From Anaerolineae bacterium (GTDB lineage: Bacteria > Chloroflexota > Anaerolineae > Anaerolineales > Villigracilaceae): a stretch of DNA of 64,000 nt. Below the pieces are notes generated by a model. The model ran no database searches. It was not told where the DNA came from and saw nothing but the letters and a program-made list of their open reading frames with translations. A program made the position numbers and the translations under genes. Shown in pieces: positions 8,168 to 16,193 of this stretch; position 1 is the stretch's first letter; the number at the start of each line of letters is the position of its first letter. Where the stretch lies: assembly GCA_018648605.1 (NCBI GenBank), contig JABGQU010000001.1:3390-67389 (forward strand). The letters run 5' to 3'.

Positions 8168-10177
8168 TTATTGCTTTGTGCCTGCCAAGATCATCGGTCC
8201 ATCCCGATTTTCTTCGGTGATGTCGAAATCCCAACCTGGAGCCATGCGATTATTGCGCAAGCGCTCTTTGAGTTTGGAGTGATCCCAATCGTAATCGGTT
8301 TCGCCGACAGCAGATTGACCGAACAAAGGAACACCAGGAGGGCTGGAGAGCACATCGCCACCAGCCATCAAGCCTTCGTAGGAGCTGAGATCCATCTCGT
8401 GGTAGGAGCTTTCGGAGTTAGCGAAGTGACAGCCTGTGCAAGATTGTGAACCATCGAACCACATATCGGCTTCGGTGACGAAAGGCAGCACATCGCGCTC
8501 GAAATTGAGCTGTGCGTCGCCGTAGTCGAAGGAGTCGGTCTCAGGAGCGCCGCCATCAACCCAGGCAGCGATCACGCCAACGCCGTTGAGTTCGCAGCCA
8601 TATTCGCCGGGCAGGACACTGACGCCATCAGCAGAGACTTCGACGCATAAACCATCGCGGTTCTCTTCGGTGATGTCAAATTCCCAGCCCGGGGGCATAC
8701 GGTTGTTGCGCAAGCGACCGCGGAGTTTGGAGTGATCCCAATCGAAATCAGTAGCGCTGATTTCAGATTCGCCGAACAAAGGAACTCCGGGGGGCTGTGA
8801 AAGAACATCGCCACCGAGCATCAAGCCAGCGTAAGAGCTAAGGTCCATTTCGTGGTAAGAGTTTTCAGAGTTCGCGAAGTGACAACCAGAGCATGCTTGT
8901 GCGCCATCGAACCACAGGTTGTTTTCTGTGAAGAGCGGGAGTACGTCAGCTTCAAACGTTCCTTCGCAGTATGCACCATCATCATCTGTGAATTCAAATG
9001 TGCCAGATTCTGATGCGCCAGCAGCGGTCCATTCTCCGATCAGATCAACGGCTTTGACTTTGCATTCGCCGCTACCAGGTAAACTGGCAGCCTCTTCTGT
9101 GGAGATCGCTTCGCCATGCAGCACGAGCGGTCCATCCCGATTTTCTTCGGTGATGTCGAAATCCCAACCTGGAGCCATGCGATTATTGCGCAAGCGCTCT
9201 TTGAGTTTGGAGTGATCCCAATCGTAATCGGTTTCGCCGACAGCAGATTGACCGAACAAAGGAACACCAGGAGGGCTGGAGAGCACATCGCCACCAGCCA
9301 TCAAGCCTTCGTAGGAGCTGAGATCCATCTCGTGGTAGGAGCTTTCGGAGTTAGCGAAGTGACAGCCTGTGCAAGATTGTGAACCATCGAACCACATATC
9401 GGCTTCGGTGACGAAAGGCAGCACATCGCGCTCGAAATTGAGCTGTGCGTCGCCGTAGTCGAAGGAGTCGGTCTCAGGAGCGCCGCCATCAACCCAGGCA
9501 GCGATCACGCCAACGCCGTTGAGTTCGCAGCCATATTCGCCGGGCAGGACACTGACGCCATCAGCAGAGACTTCGACGCATAAACCATCGCGGTTCTCTT
9601 CGGTGATGTCAAATTCCCAGCCCGGGGGCATACGGTTGTTGCGCAAGCGACCGCGGAGTTTGGAGTGATCCCAATCGAAATCAGTAGCGCTGATTTCAGA
9701 TTCGCCGAACAAAGGAACTCCGGGGGGCTGTGAAAGAACATCGCCACCGAGCATCAAGCCAGCGTAAGAGCTAAGGTCCATTTCGTGGTAAGAGTTTTCA
9801 GAGTTCGCGAAGTGACAACCAGAGCATGCTTGTGCGCCATCGAACCACAGGTTGTTTTCTGTGAAGAGCGGGAGTACATCAACTTCAAAGCTGCCCTGAT
9901 AGGTATTTCCATCGACCCCGGTGTAGTCGAAAGCTTCTGTTTCGGATGCGCCAGCTTCGGCCCAAGCACCGATTAGGTCAACGGCTTTAGCCGCCGCACC
10001 AGACATGTCTTGGCTTTCGGCTTCAACCTCCGGAGCAGGAGTCTCTTCTGGGGCGGGAGCGGCTTCCTCAGATACTGGGGAGGGAACGACAGTTAATGTC
10101 GCCGGTGCCTCACACCCTACAAGCAAAATAGCTGCTAATAGGAGAGACAAGCCTAAAAATAAGTTTGTTTTTCTCAT
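8168..10177 (-). CDS. Tetra-haem c-type cytochrome lipoprotein made of four about 150-aa monohaem modules
   Basis: Signal peptide plus lipobox LLVGC, then an acidic Pro/Ala linker. Four CXXCH motifs (CSGCH, CTGCH, CSGCH, CTGCH). Each is followed by a conserved YHEMDLSSY...RNNRM(P/A)PGW segment, a candidate Met ligand. The gene is divergent from the oxidase operon. Confidence 0.85.
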   Translation of the reverse strand: MRKTNLFLGLSLLLAAILLVGCEAPATLTVVPSPVSEEAAPAPEETPAPEVEAESQDMSGAAAKAVDLIGAWAEAGASETEAFDYTGVDGNTYQGSFEVDVLPLFTENNLWFDGAQACSGCHFANSENSYHEMDLSSYAGLMLGGDVLSQPPGVPLFGESEISATDFDWDHSKLRGRLRNNRMPPGWEFDITEENRDGLCVEVSADGVSVLPGEYGCELNGVGVIAAWVDGGAPETDSFDYGDAQLNFERDVLPFVTEADMWFDGSQSCTGCHFANSESSYHEMDLSSYEGLMAGGDVLSSPPGVPLFGQSAVGETDYDWDHSKLKERLRNNRMAPGWDFDITEENRDGPLVLHGEAISTEEAASLPGSGECKVKAVDLIGEWTAAGASESGTFEFTDDDGAYCEGTFEADVLPLFTENNLWFDGAQACSGCHFANSENSYHEMDLSSYAGLMLGGDVLSQPPGVPLFGESEISATDFDWDHSKLRGRLRNNRMPPGWEFDITEENRDGLCVEVSADGVSVLPGEYGCELNGVGVIAAWVDGGAPETDSFDYGDAQLNFERDVLPFVTEADMWFDGSQSCTGCHFANSESSYHEMDLSSYEGLMAGGDVLSSPPGVPLFGQSAVGETDYDWDHSKLKERLRNNRMAPGWDFDITEENRDGPMILAGTKQ
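8195..9877. repeat. Direct repeat inside the cytochrome gene: 8195-8944 and 9128-9877 appear identical (750 bp, period 933 bp)
   Basis: Offset of 933 bp confirmed at both boundaries by hand alignment. ORF-track translations in three different frames are identical between copies (8368..8559 = 9301..9492; 8572..8814 = 9505..9747; 8171..8449 matches 9116..9382 from Arg onward). The flanking 183-bp segments 8945-9127 and 9878-10060 are homologous but diverged. Confidence 0.85.
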
Positions 10178-10502
10178 GCGTATTTTCCATTCCTTAATTA
10201 GTTGACTGGGAAATTTAATATTCGCTTAATATAATACTCGTATTTTTATCTAAATTAGTGATTATTTCAACTCTTTAAAGGGGTGATTTGAATATCATCT
10301 CTTTGGGTGATACAGAGGGTGAGTGACAAGCAAGGCCCTTCTTGTTATATTGAATGCTAGTATGGATTTGTTTTGCCGGATATTTTTTGTAGGGGTGAAT
10401 TTTATACAGGTGCAAAAAGTACTTGGAGGCGGGGAGGTCTTCTTCATAAAGATTCCCTAATAAATCTAATTACATGCTAAAGGTAAATGGAGGAGTAAGT
10501 AG

Positions 10503-11513
10503 ATGAAACACTTTGTTAGAGTGGCCATTTTGGTCGTAGTTTTAACTGTGTTATTAGGCTTTGGTCTCGACAATATGGGCTATATGCCTGAACTTGCGAG
10601 TGTACAAGGGGCGGCAATTGACGATCTGTTTCGAAAACACGTTTGGGTGATTTCTTTTCTCTTTTCTTTGATTATGGGCTTCATGCTTTATAGCTTTGTT
10701 GCTTTTCGGAAAAAACCCGGCGATGACGGAAGCGGAGATCATTTTGAAGGGAATACGAGCCTGGAAATCGTTTGGACGATTGTTCCGCTTTTCATTGTCT
10801 TGTATTTTGCTTATTTAGGGGCTGAGGCACTAGCCGAAACACGGCGAGCTGACCCAAATGCTTACAATATCACAGTTGTAGGCTCTCAATGGTCCTGGCG
10901 ATTTGATTACGAAGATTTTGGCTTCTCGTCTACAGAGCTGCGCCTTCCTGTTGACCGCCAAGCGCTCTTGTTACTGACATCCACAGACGTGATCCATTCG
11001 TTCTGGGTTCCTGAATTTCGCTTGAAGCAAGATGCTTTGCCAGGAGAAGGAATGGAGCGTGAACTGCGCGTTACTCCTACCATAGTGGGAGATTACAAAC
11101 TCCGCTGCGCAGAGCTTTGTGGTTTAGAACATGCTTATATGCTCTCGGACGTGATTGTTATGGAAGTGAGTGATTTTGAAGCTTGGGTTGCTGAGCAAAC
11201 AGAAGGACCCGCAGGCGACGGAGCTGAGCGTGGCGAAGCATGGGCACAACAATTTGGCTGCCAGGCTTGCCATTCCCTTGATGGAAGCGATCGCATCGGA
11301 CCGACCTGGCTTGGGCTTTATGAAAGTATAGAAACCTTGGTAGATGGTTCGACGGTTGTCGTTGATGATGCCTACCTTATCGAGTCCATTCTTGATCCGC
11401 AGGCAACTATTGTTGAGGGTTACGAGAATGTGGTTATGCCACCGACCGGAGCCAGTATGACAGAAGAACAAATTCAGGATATCGTTGAATTTATTGAAAG
11501 TCTGAGCGAGTAA
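10503..11513 (+). CDS. ctaC: Cytochrome c oxidase subunit II with fused C-terminal cytochrome c domain (caa3 type)
   Basis: CuA site HSFWVPEF...CAELCGLEHAYM. C-terminal CQACH haem motif. SD GGAGGA upstream. Confidence 0.9.
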   Translation: MKHFVRVAILVVVLTVLLGFGLDNMGYMPELASVQGAAIDDLFRKHVWVISFLFSLIMGFMLYSFVAFRKKPGDDGSGDHFEGNTSLEIVWTIVPLFIVLYFAYLGAEALAETRRADPNAYNITVVGSQWSWRFDYEDFGFSSTELRLPVDRQALLLLTSTDVIHSFWVPEFRLKQDALPGEGMERELRVTPTIVGDYKLRCAELCGLEHAYMLSDVIVMEVSDFEAWVAEQTEGPAGDGAERGEAWAQQFGCQACHSLDGSDRIGPTWLGLYESIETLVDGSTVVVDDAYLIESILDPQATIVEGYENVVMPPTGASMTEEQIQDIVEFIESLSE

Positions 11514-11536
11514 GAAGGAAGAGGAGCACAAAAAAA

Positions 11537-13405
11537 ATGAACGAAAAGAAAAAAGTCAATTTCCTGACACTCGGTTTGGTGCGCGGAATCATCTTCCAGG
11601 TGGTTGGCGCGTTGCTCGGTATGGGATTTACGATGCTAATTCGCATTTTGATTGGATTGCCAGCGTGGAATGCCGAACCGGTGTGGGTGAGTGGTATGTT
11701 CGTCGGCGTAATCGCCTTCTTGATTGGCGTGGGTGCTTTTAGCGATTGGTTCAAATGGGCGAAGGGTGAAGAGACATCAGATCATCATAGCGCTGATCCG
11801 AGCCTGCCTGGCTGGGCGAAATATTATAGCATTTCGTTTGATCATAAAGTGATTGGTATTCAATATGGAATAACATCCATTTTGGTGCTTGGGCTAGCGG
11901 GAACTTTCGCGCTAATTTTTCGCACGGAGCTAGCCGCAGCAAAGATGCAATTTCTCGATTTAGGCACTTTCAATAGCCTGATCGGATTACACGGTATCGT
12001 CATGATCGCTGCGATCTTGCTGGGTATTGGTGCAATGTCTAATTATCTGGTGCCTTTGATGATCGGCGCTAGTGATATGGCATTCCCGCGTTTGAACGCC
12101 TTTGCTTTTTGGATCAATGTACCAGGAGCACTTTTGGTTGTCAGCAGCCTCTTCTTTGGTGGCTTTGATACCGGTTGGACTGCTTATCCGCCGTTGAGCG
12201 CACGCGCTCCTCTGGGAATGCAGATGTTCTTTCTGGGTGTATATGTCATCGGTCTCTCATCTATATTGGGCTCGCTGAATATTATCGTCACTACGATTAG
12301 AATGCGTGCTCCGGGAATGAATTACTTCAGAATGCCCATTTTTGTCTGGGCTTCGGTAGCAACATCCATCATCGGTTTAACTGCAACCCAGTTTATCGCT
12401 CTCTCTTTTCAAATGGTCATGTTCCAACGTTTGCTTGGCATGGGGTTCTTTGATCCCGGCAATGGTGGCAACGTAATCTTATTCCAGCATCTGTTTTGGT
12501 TCTATTCCCATCCGGCAGTTTATGTCTTTATCTTGCCTGGCTTGGGTATGATAAGTGAGATATTGCCTGTCTTTTCACGTAAGCCACTCTTTGGTTATAA
12601 ATGGATTGCTTTGTCTTCAATGGCGATTGCCCTTGTAGGCTTCTTCGTTTGGGCTCATCACATGTTCACTTCTGGTATGGCGGAATACTTGCGCGTACCC
12701 TTTATGTATAGCACCATGCTTGTGGCTGTCCCAACTGGGGTAAAGTTTTTTAGTTGGACAGGAACTCTTTGGCGAGGAAAGATCAGTTTTCCAACACCAA
12801 TGCTCTTTACCCTGGGTGCAATATCAGTTTTCCTTCTTGGTGGTCTGACAGGACCGCCCAATGCGACGGTTGCAACTGATCTTCACTTACATGACACCTA
12901 CTGGATTGTTGGTCACTTCCACGCCACAATGTTTGGTGGATTTATGTTCCCCTTCTTTGCGGCAATCTATTACTGGTTCCCAAAGATAACCGGGAAAATG
13001 TACAACGAAGCAGCGGGAAAATGGCATTTCTGGTTGATGTTCCCAGCTTTCTACGTTCAATCACTGGGACAAATGCGCATTGGTTTATTAGGCATGCGAC
13101 GCCGTATTGCCGATTACGATCCTGCGCTCAACTTTGATTTCTCTCATCTGATCATCACGATTGCGGGATTTGTGATCTTTACATCGGTGGTAATTTTCGT
13201 GGTCAATATATGGCGAAGTGTCAAACGTGGCGAGGTAGCTGCTTCTAACCCTTGGAATTCGCGTTCCCCCGAATGGCTGTTACCAACCCCGATTCCCGAA
13301 CACAATTATGCAGACCATCCCTTTGAAGTAGTAGGTGAGCCTTACGATTATGGCTTGGAAGATGCCCCCTACATCAAGATGCCTTCTGCATCTGCGACGG
13401 ACTGA
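11537..13405 (+). CDS. ctaD: Cytochrome c oxidase subunit I
   Basis: 622 aa. Canonical motifs: FPRLNAFAFW, WFYSHPAVYVFILPG, WAHHMFT and GHFHATMFGG. Confidence 0.95.
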   Translation: MNEKKKVNFLTLGLVRGIIFQVVGALLGMGFTMLIRILIGLPAWNAEPVWVSGMFVGVIAFLIGVGAFSDWFKWAKGEETSDHHSADPSLPGWAKYYSISFDHKVIGIQYGITSILVLGLAGTFALIFRTELAAAKMQFLDLGTFNSLIGLHGIVMIAAILLGIGAMSNYLVPLMIGASDMAFPRLNAFAFWINVPGALLVVSSLFFGGFDTGWTAYPPLSARAPLGMQMFFLGVYVIGLSSILGSLNIIVTTIRMRAPGMNYFRMPIFVWASVATSIIGLTATQFIALSFQMVMFQRLLGMGFFDPGNGGNVILFQHLFWFYSHPAVYVFILPGLGMISEILPVFSRKPLFGYKWIALSSMAIALVGFFVWAHHMFTSGMAEYLRVPFMYSTMLVAVPTGVKFFSWTGTLWRGKISFPTPMLFTLGAISVFLLGGLTGPPNATVATDLHLHDTYWIVGHFHATMFGGFMFPFFAAIYYWFPKITGKMYNEAAGKWHFWLMFPAFYVQSLGQMRIGLLGMRRRIADYDPALNFDFSHLIITIAGFVIFTSVVIFVVNIWRSVKRGEVAASNPWNSRSPEWLLPTPIPEHNYADHPFEVVGEPYDYGLEDAPYIKMPSASATD

Positions 13406-13418
13406 TTGGAGAAATCTC

Positions 13419-13625
13419 ATGGAAGATAAGAAAAAACAAGCTTTGAAATTTGGCGTCACTGTTTTTATAATGTTGGCTGTATTAACTTTAGGCGAATATT
13501 GGGTTGCCATCGCTGGTGGGCAATGGTGGTACATTCTTGTTGGCATCGCCCTTCTGAAAGCCTGGTTTGTTATTCAGCACTATATGCACTTGCCCCGGTT
13601 ATTCAATGAAGAGGAGAATCACTAA
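13419..13625 (+). CDS. Cytochrome c oxidase subunit IV (prokaryotic COX4_pro family)
   Basis: The track ORF 13335..13625 overlaps the ctaD end. An in-frame ATG at 13419 gives a 68-aa two-TM protein ending ...LLKAWFVIQHYMHL, the family signature. Confidence 0.7.
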   Translation: MEDKKKQALKFGVTVFIMLAVLTLGEYWVAIAGGQWWYILVGIALLKAWFVIQHYMHLPRLFNEEENH

Positions 13626-14200
13626 TGGCTGCTTCTGTTGTGGATCGCACAAGCTATAAGTACAAATTGGGGACAAATCGCCTAGGTCTGTGGTTATTCA
13701 TTCTCTCAGATGCGTTTGTCTTTGGCGGCTTATTAGTTTCCCGCTTTTATCTGATGGGTAATACCCGCCCCCACTTGGAACAAACCTTGGGGTTGGTTGT
13801 CACCGCAATACTGTTAGTTAGCTCATTCTTTATGAATCGTGCTGAAACAGCAATGGCTCACGGCGATCAGAAAACCTTCCTGCAAGGCACGTTGATTACC
13901 CTTGTATTGGGTGTAGTCTTCCTTGTCGGTGTCGTTGGCGTAGAATGGCAATTGGCTCCCTTTGGTCCCGGCGATGGTGCTCACGGAGCAATGTTCTATA
14001 TGATGACAGGTATGCACGCTTTTCATGTATTGACAGGTGTGATCTTCCTGTGGATTGTCTATCGCAATGGTCGCAAGGGACTTTACACTGCCGAGAAACA
14101 CTGGGCTGTTGAAGCCTGCGCAACCTACTGGCATTTCATCGACGTTGTCTGGATCTTCTTCTACCCGGCACTTTACCTGATCGGTACAGTAGTTGGATAG
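13625..14200 (+). CDS. ctaE: Cytochrome c oxidase subunit III
   Basis: 191 aa, five TM segments. Motifs FILSDAFVFGGL, GMHAFHVLTGV and YWHFIDVVWIF. The ATG overlaps the upstream stop (TAATG). Confidence 0.9.
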   Translation: MAASVVDRTSYKYKLGTNRLGLWLFILSDAFVFGGLLVSRFYLMGNTRPHLEQTLGLVVTAILLVSSFFMNRAETAMAHGDQKTFLQGTLITLVLGVVFLVGVVGVEWQLAPFGPGDGAHGAMFYMMTGMHAFHVLTGVIFLWIVYRNGRKGLYTAEKHWAVEACATYWHFIDVVWIFFYPALYLIGTVVG

Positions 14201-14209
14201 CCTTAATAA

Positions 14210-14250
14210 CCAGTACACAGTAACCAGCAATATTGGTTACTGTGTACTGG
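14210..14250 (+). promoter_or_regulatory. Perfect 17-bp stem-loop between ctaE and the assembly genes (attenuator, processing or stability element)
   Basis: CCAGTACACAGTAACCA (14210-14226) / TGGTTACTGTGTACTGG (14234-14250) with a 7-nt loop GCAATAT, followed by GCACTCTTTT. Confidence 0.6.
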
Positions 14251-14262
14251 GCACTCTTTTCA

Positions 14263-14871
14263 ATGACTAAAATCCTCTTTCGACAATTACTCATAGGGTT
14301 GATGGTCGGCATCATTTTAGTTGCCGGTTTTTATTTTTTCGCCCAGCCTTATACTTATCAAGGCTCCTTTATTGAACCTCCGCTTCCTGCAGCGGATTTT
14401 TCTTTGAGTCGATCTGATGGCACGATCTTTCGGCTCTCTGACCAACAAGATAAACTGGTCTTGCTTTATTTCGGATATACTGCTTGTCCGGATGTTTGCC
14501 CGACAACATTATATGATCTCACCAAGGTTAAGACGCGCTTGGGCGAAGAAGATGCATCGAAAATTCAGGTTGTTATGGTCACTGTAGATCCAGAACGTGA
14601 CACTTCTGATCTGCTCGAAAAATATGTGACAGCTTTCGACCCGCTTTTTATTGGCTTAAGTGGCAGCATGGAAGAACTGGAATCTATTTGGAGTAGCTAT
14701 GGTGTTTATCGTAAGAGACAAGATAATACTGGCGCAACCGGTTACCTTGTAGATCACACAGCTCGTGTTTATGTTGTTGATGCAAATGGAAACTTGCGCT
14801 TGACTTTCCCCTTCGGGATGACTGCTGAAGCTATGGCAGATGACCTGGTGCACCTAATAGAGAGTAAATGA
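14263..14871 (+). CDS. SCO1/SenC family copper chaperone / thiol-disulfide oxidoreductase
   Basis: N-terminal TM helix, CPDVCP copper-binding motif and a conserved downstream DHT His. Start moved to the ATG at 14263 because the track TTG start lies inside the stem-loop. Confidence 0.85.
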   Translation: MTKILFRQLLIGLMVGIILVAGFYFFAQPYTYQGSFIEPPLPAADFSLSRSDGTIFRLSDQQDKLVLLYFGYTACPDVCPTTLYDLTKVKTRLGEEDASKIQVVMVTVDPERDTSDLLEKYVTAFDPLFIGLSGSMEELESIWSSYGVYRKRQDNTGATGYLVDHTARVYVVDANGNLRLTFPFGMTAEAMADDLVHLIESK

Positions 14872-14881
14872 AAAGAACACA

Positions 14882-15412
14882 ATGAGTAAAAAATTTCAAT
14901 TATATAGAAAGCGCTTCATCGTAATGTTTTTTGTTGCGTTTTTATTTGTAGGTGTTATAAACGAAGGGGCACATATGTTGTTGAAAGAAAGCACGGATCG
15001 ACCTCAAGAGACAGTTGAGATACTCATCCCCGCAGGGACGGCAGAGCGAGTGGAAGCTGGAGAAGCTGACCCGACGATACCTGCGGAGTTAACATTCGTG
15101 ATTGGCGACACCTTGATGGTCACAAATGAAGATAATGTGCCTCACGAACTTGGCCCTCTGTGGATCCCCCCTGATTCTAGTGCCAGCCTTTTGATGGAAG
15201 ATGCTAATAAATACACCCTGGGCTGTACTTTTCAACCATCGAAATATTTAAATTTTGACGTGCGCTCACGCACAACAGCAACCTCTCGAGTTCAAGCTTT
15301 TGCTTTGGCAACGCCACCTACAGCGATGTTTCTCTTTTTGTACAGTCTTTTGATCTTTCCTTTAAAGGTCACTGAAGAAGAAATAGCTGATATAAATATC
15401 CCAAATAAATAA
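14882..15412 (+). CDS. Hypothetical membrane-anchored protein within the oxidase assembly segment
   Basis: 176 aa. One N-terminal and one C-terminal hydrophobic helix flank a small beta-rich domain (VIGDTLMVTNEDNVPHELG...GCTF). No family recognised. Confidence 0.6.
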   Translation: MSKKFQLYRKRFIVMFFVAFLFVGVINEGAHMLLKESTDRPQETVEILIPAGTAERVEAGEADPTIPAELTFVIGDTLMVTNEDNVPHELGPLWIPPDSSASLLMEDANKYTLGCTFQPSKYLNFDVRSRTTATSRVQAFALATPPTAMFLFLYSLLIFPLKVTEEEIADINIPNK

Positions 15413-15440
15413 ATTTCTACATAAAAAAGGAAGAGAACGC

Positions 15441-16193
15441 ATGAAAAACTTGCGTGCCTTATTCTCGCGTCAGTGGATCTTTGCGACTGTTTTGGTTCTC
15501 GCTGGAGTCGCTTTTTGTACACGTCTTGGGTTTTGGCAATTGGGTCGTCTCGAAGAACGTCGTGCTTTTAATGCACATGTTGAAGGTGTTTGGGCGATGG
15601 AGCCTCTAACCCTAACGCCTCAGTTGGAAGATGATTTAACCTTGCTGGAATATCGTGCCGTAATTGTGAACGGCACTTATGATTTTGAAAATCAGGTTGC
15701 CTTGCGGAATCGCTATTTCCAGAACGAATATGGCTATCATCTTCTCACGCCACTTCTTTTGGATAATGGTTCTGCTGTGCTGGTGGATCGAGGCTGGATT
15801 CCTGCCGACGGGAATGACACGCCTGCTGACTGGCGGAAATATGACCAGCCTGGACCGGTCACACTTCAAGGACAGATTCGGATCGGGAGCACCAAACCAG
15901 ATGTGGGCGGCGTCCCCGATCCGGAACTTGCTTCGGGGCAAGAAAAACTCGAATTTTGGAATATCGTCAATCTTGAGCGTATCCGCCAGCAGTTGCCATA
16001 TCCATTAATAACTATATTTGTTCAGCCTGATGTTGACCCAGAAGATAGCGAACCGCCAATTCCTTATCAGCCCGAAATTGAACTAACCGAGGGCTCACAT
16101 CAGGGGTATGCGTTACAGTGGTTTACTTATGCTACTATTCTTTTTCTGGGGTACCCATTTTATGTACGCCAGCAGATAAAGGAGAACTTGTGA
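15441..16193 (+). CDS. SURF1 family cytochrome oxidase assembly protein
   Basis: N-terminal RLGFWQLGRLEERR, central GYHLLTPLLL...VLVDRGWIP and a C-terminal TM helix; classic SURF1 layout. Confidence 0.8.
   Translation: MKNLRALFSRQWIFATVLVLAGVAFCTRLGFWQLGRLEERRAFNAHVEGVWAMEPLTLTPQLEDDLTLLEYRAVIVNGTYDFENQVALRNRYFQNEYGYHLLTPLLLDNGSAVLVDRGWIPADGNDTPADWRKYDQPGPVTLQGQIRIGSTKPDVGGVPDPELASGQEKLEFWNIVNLERIRQQLPYPLITIFVQPDVDPEDSEPPIPYQPEIELTEGSHQGYALQWFTYATILFLGYPFYVRQQIKENL

Noticed and set aside
8195-9877. Whether the repeated DNA could be a CRISPR array or a mobile-element repeat.
   Set aside because: There are only two copies, each 750 bp. Both lie in frame inside one cytochrome gene, with no short repeat-spacer periodicity and no cas or transposase genes. 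This is an intragenic module duplication.
13335-13418. The upstream part of the track ORF 13335..13625, which overlaps the end of ctaD.
   Set aside because: The overlap with ctaD is 71 nt and the extension has no hydrophobic or conserved character. The in-frame ATG at 13419 gives a canonical 68-aa subunit IV.
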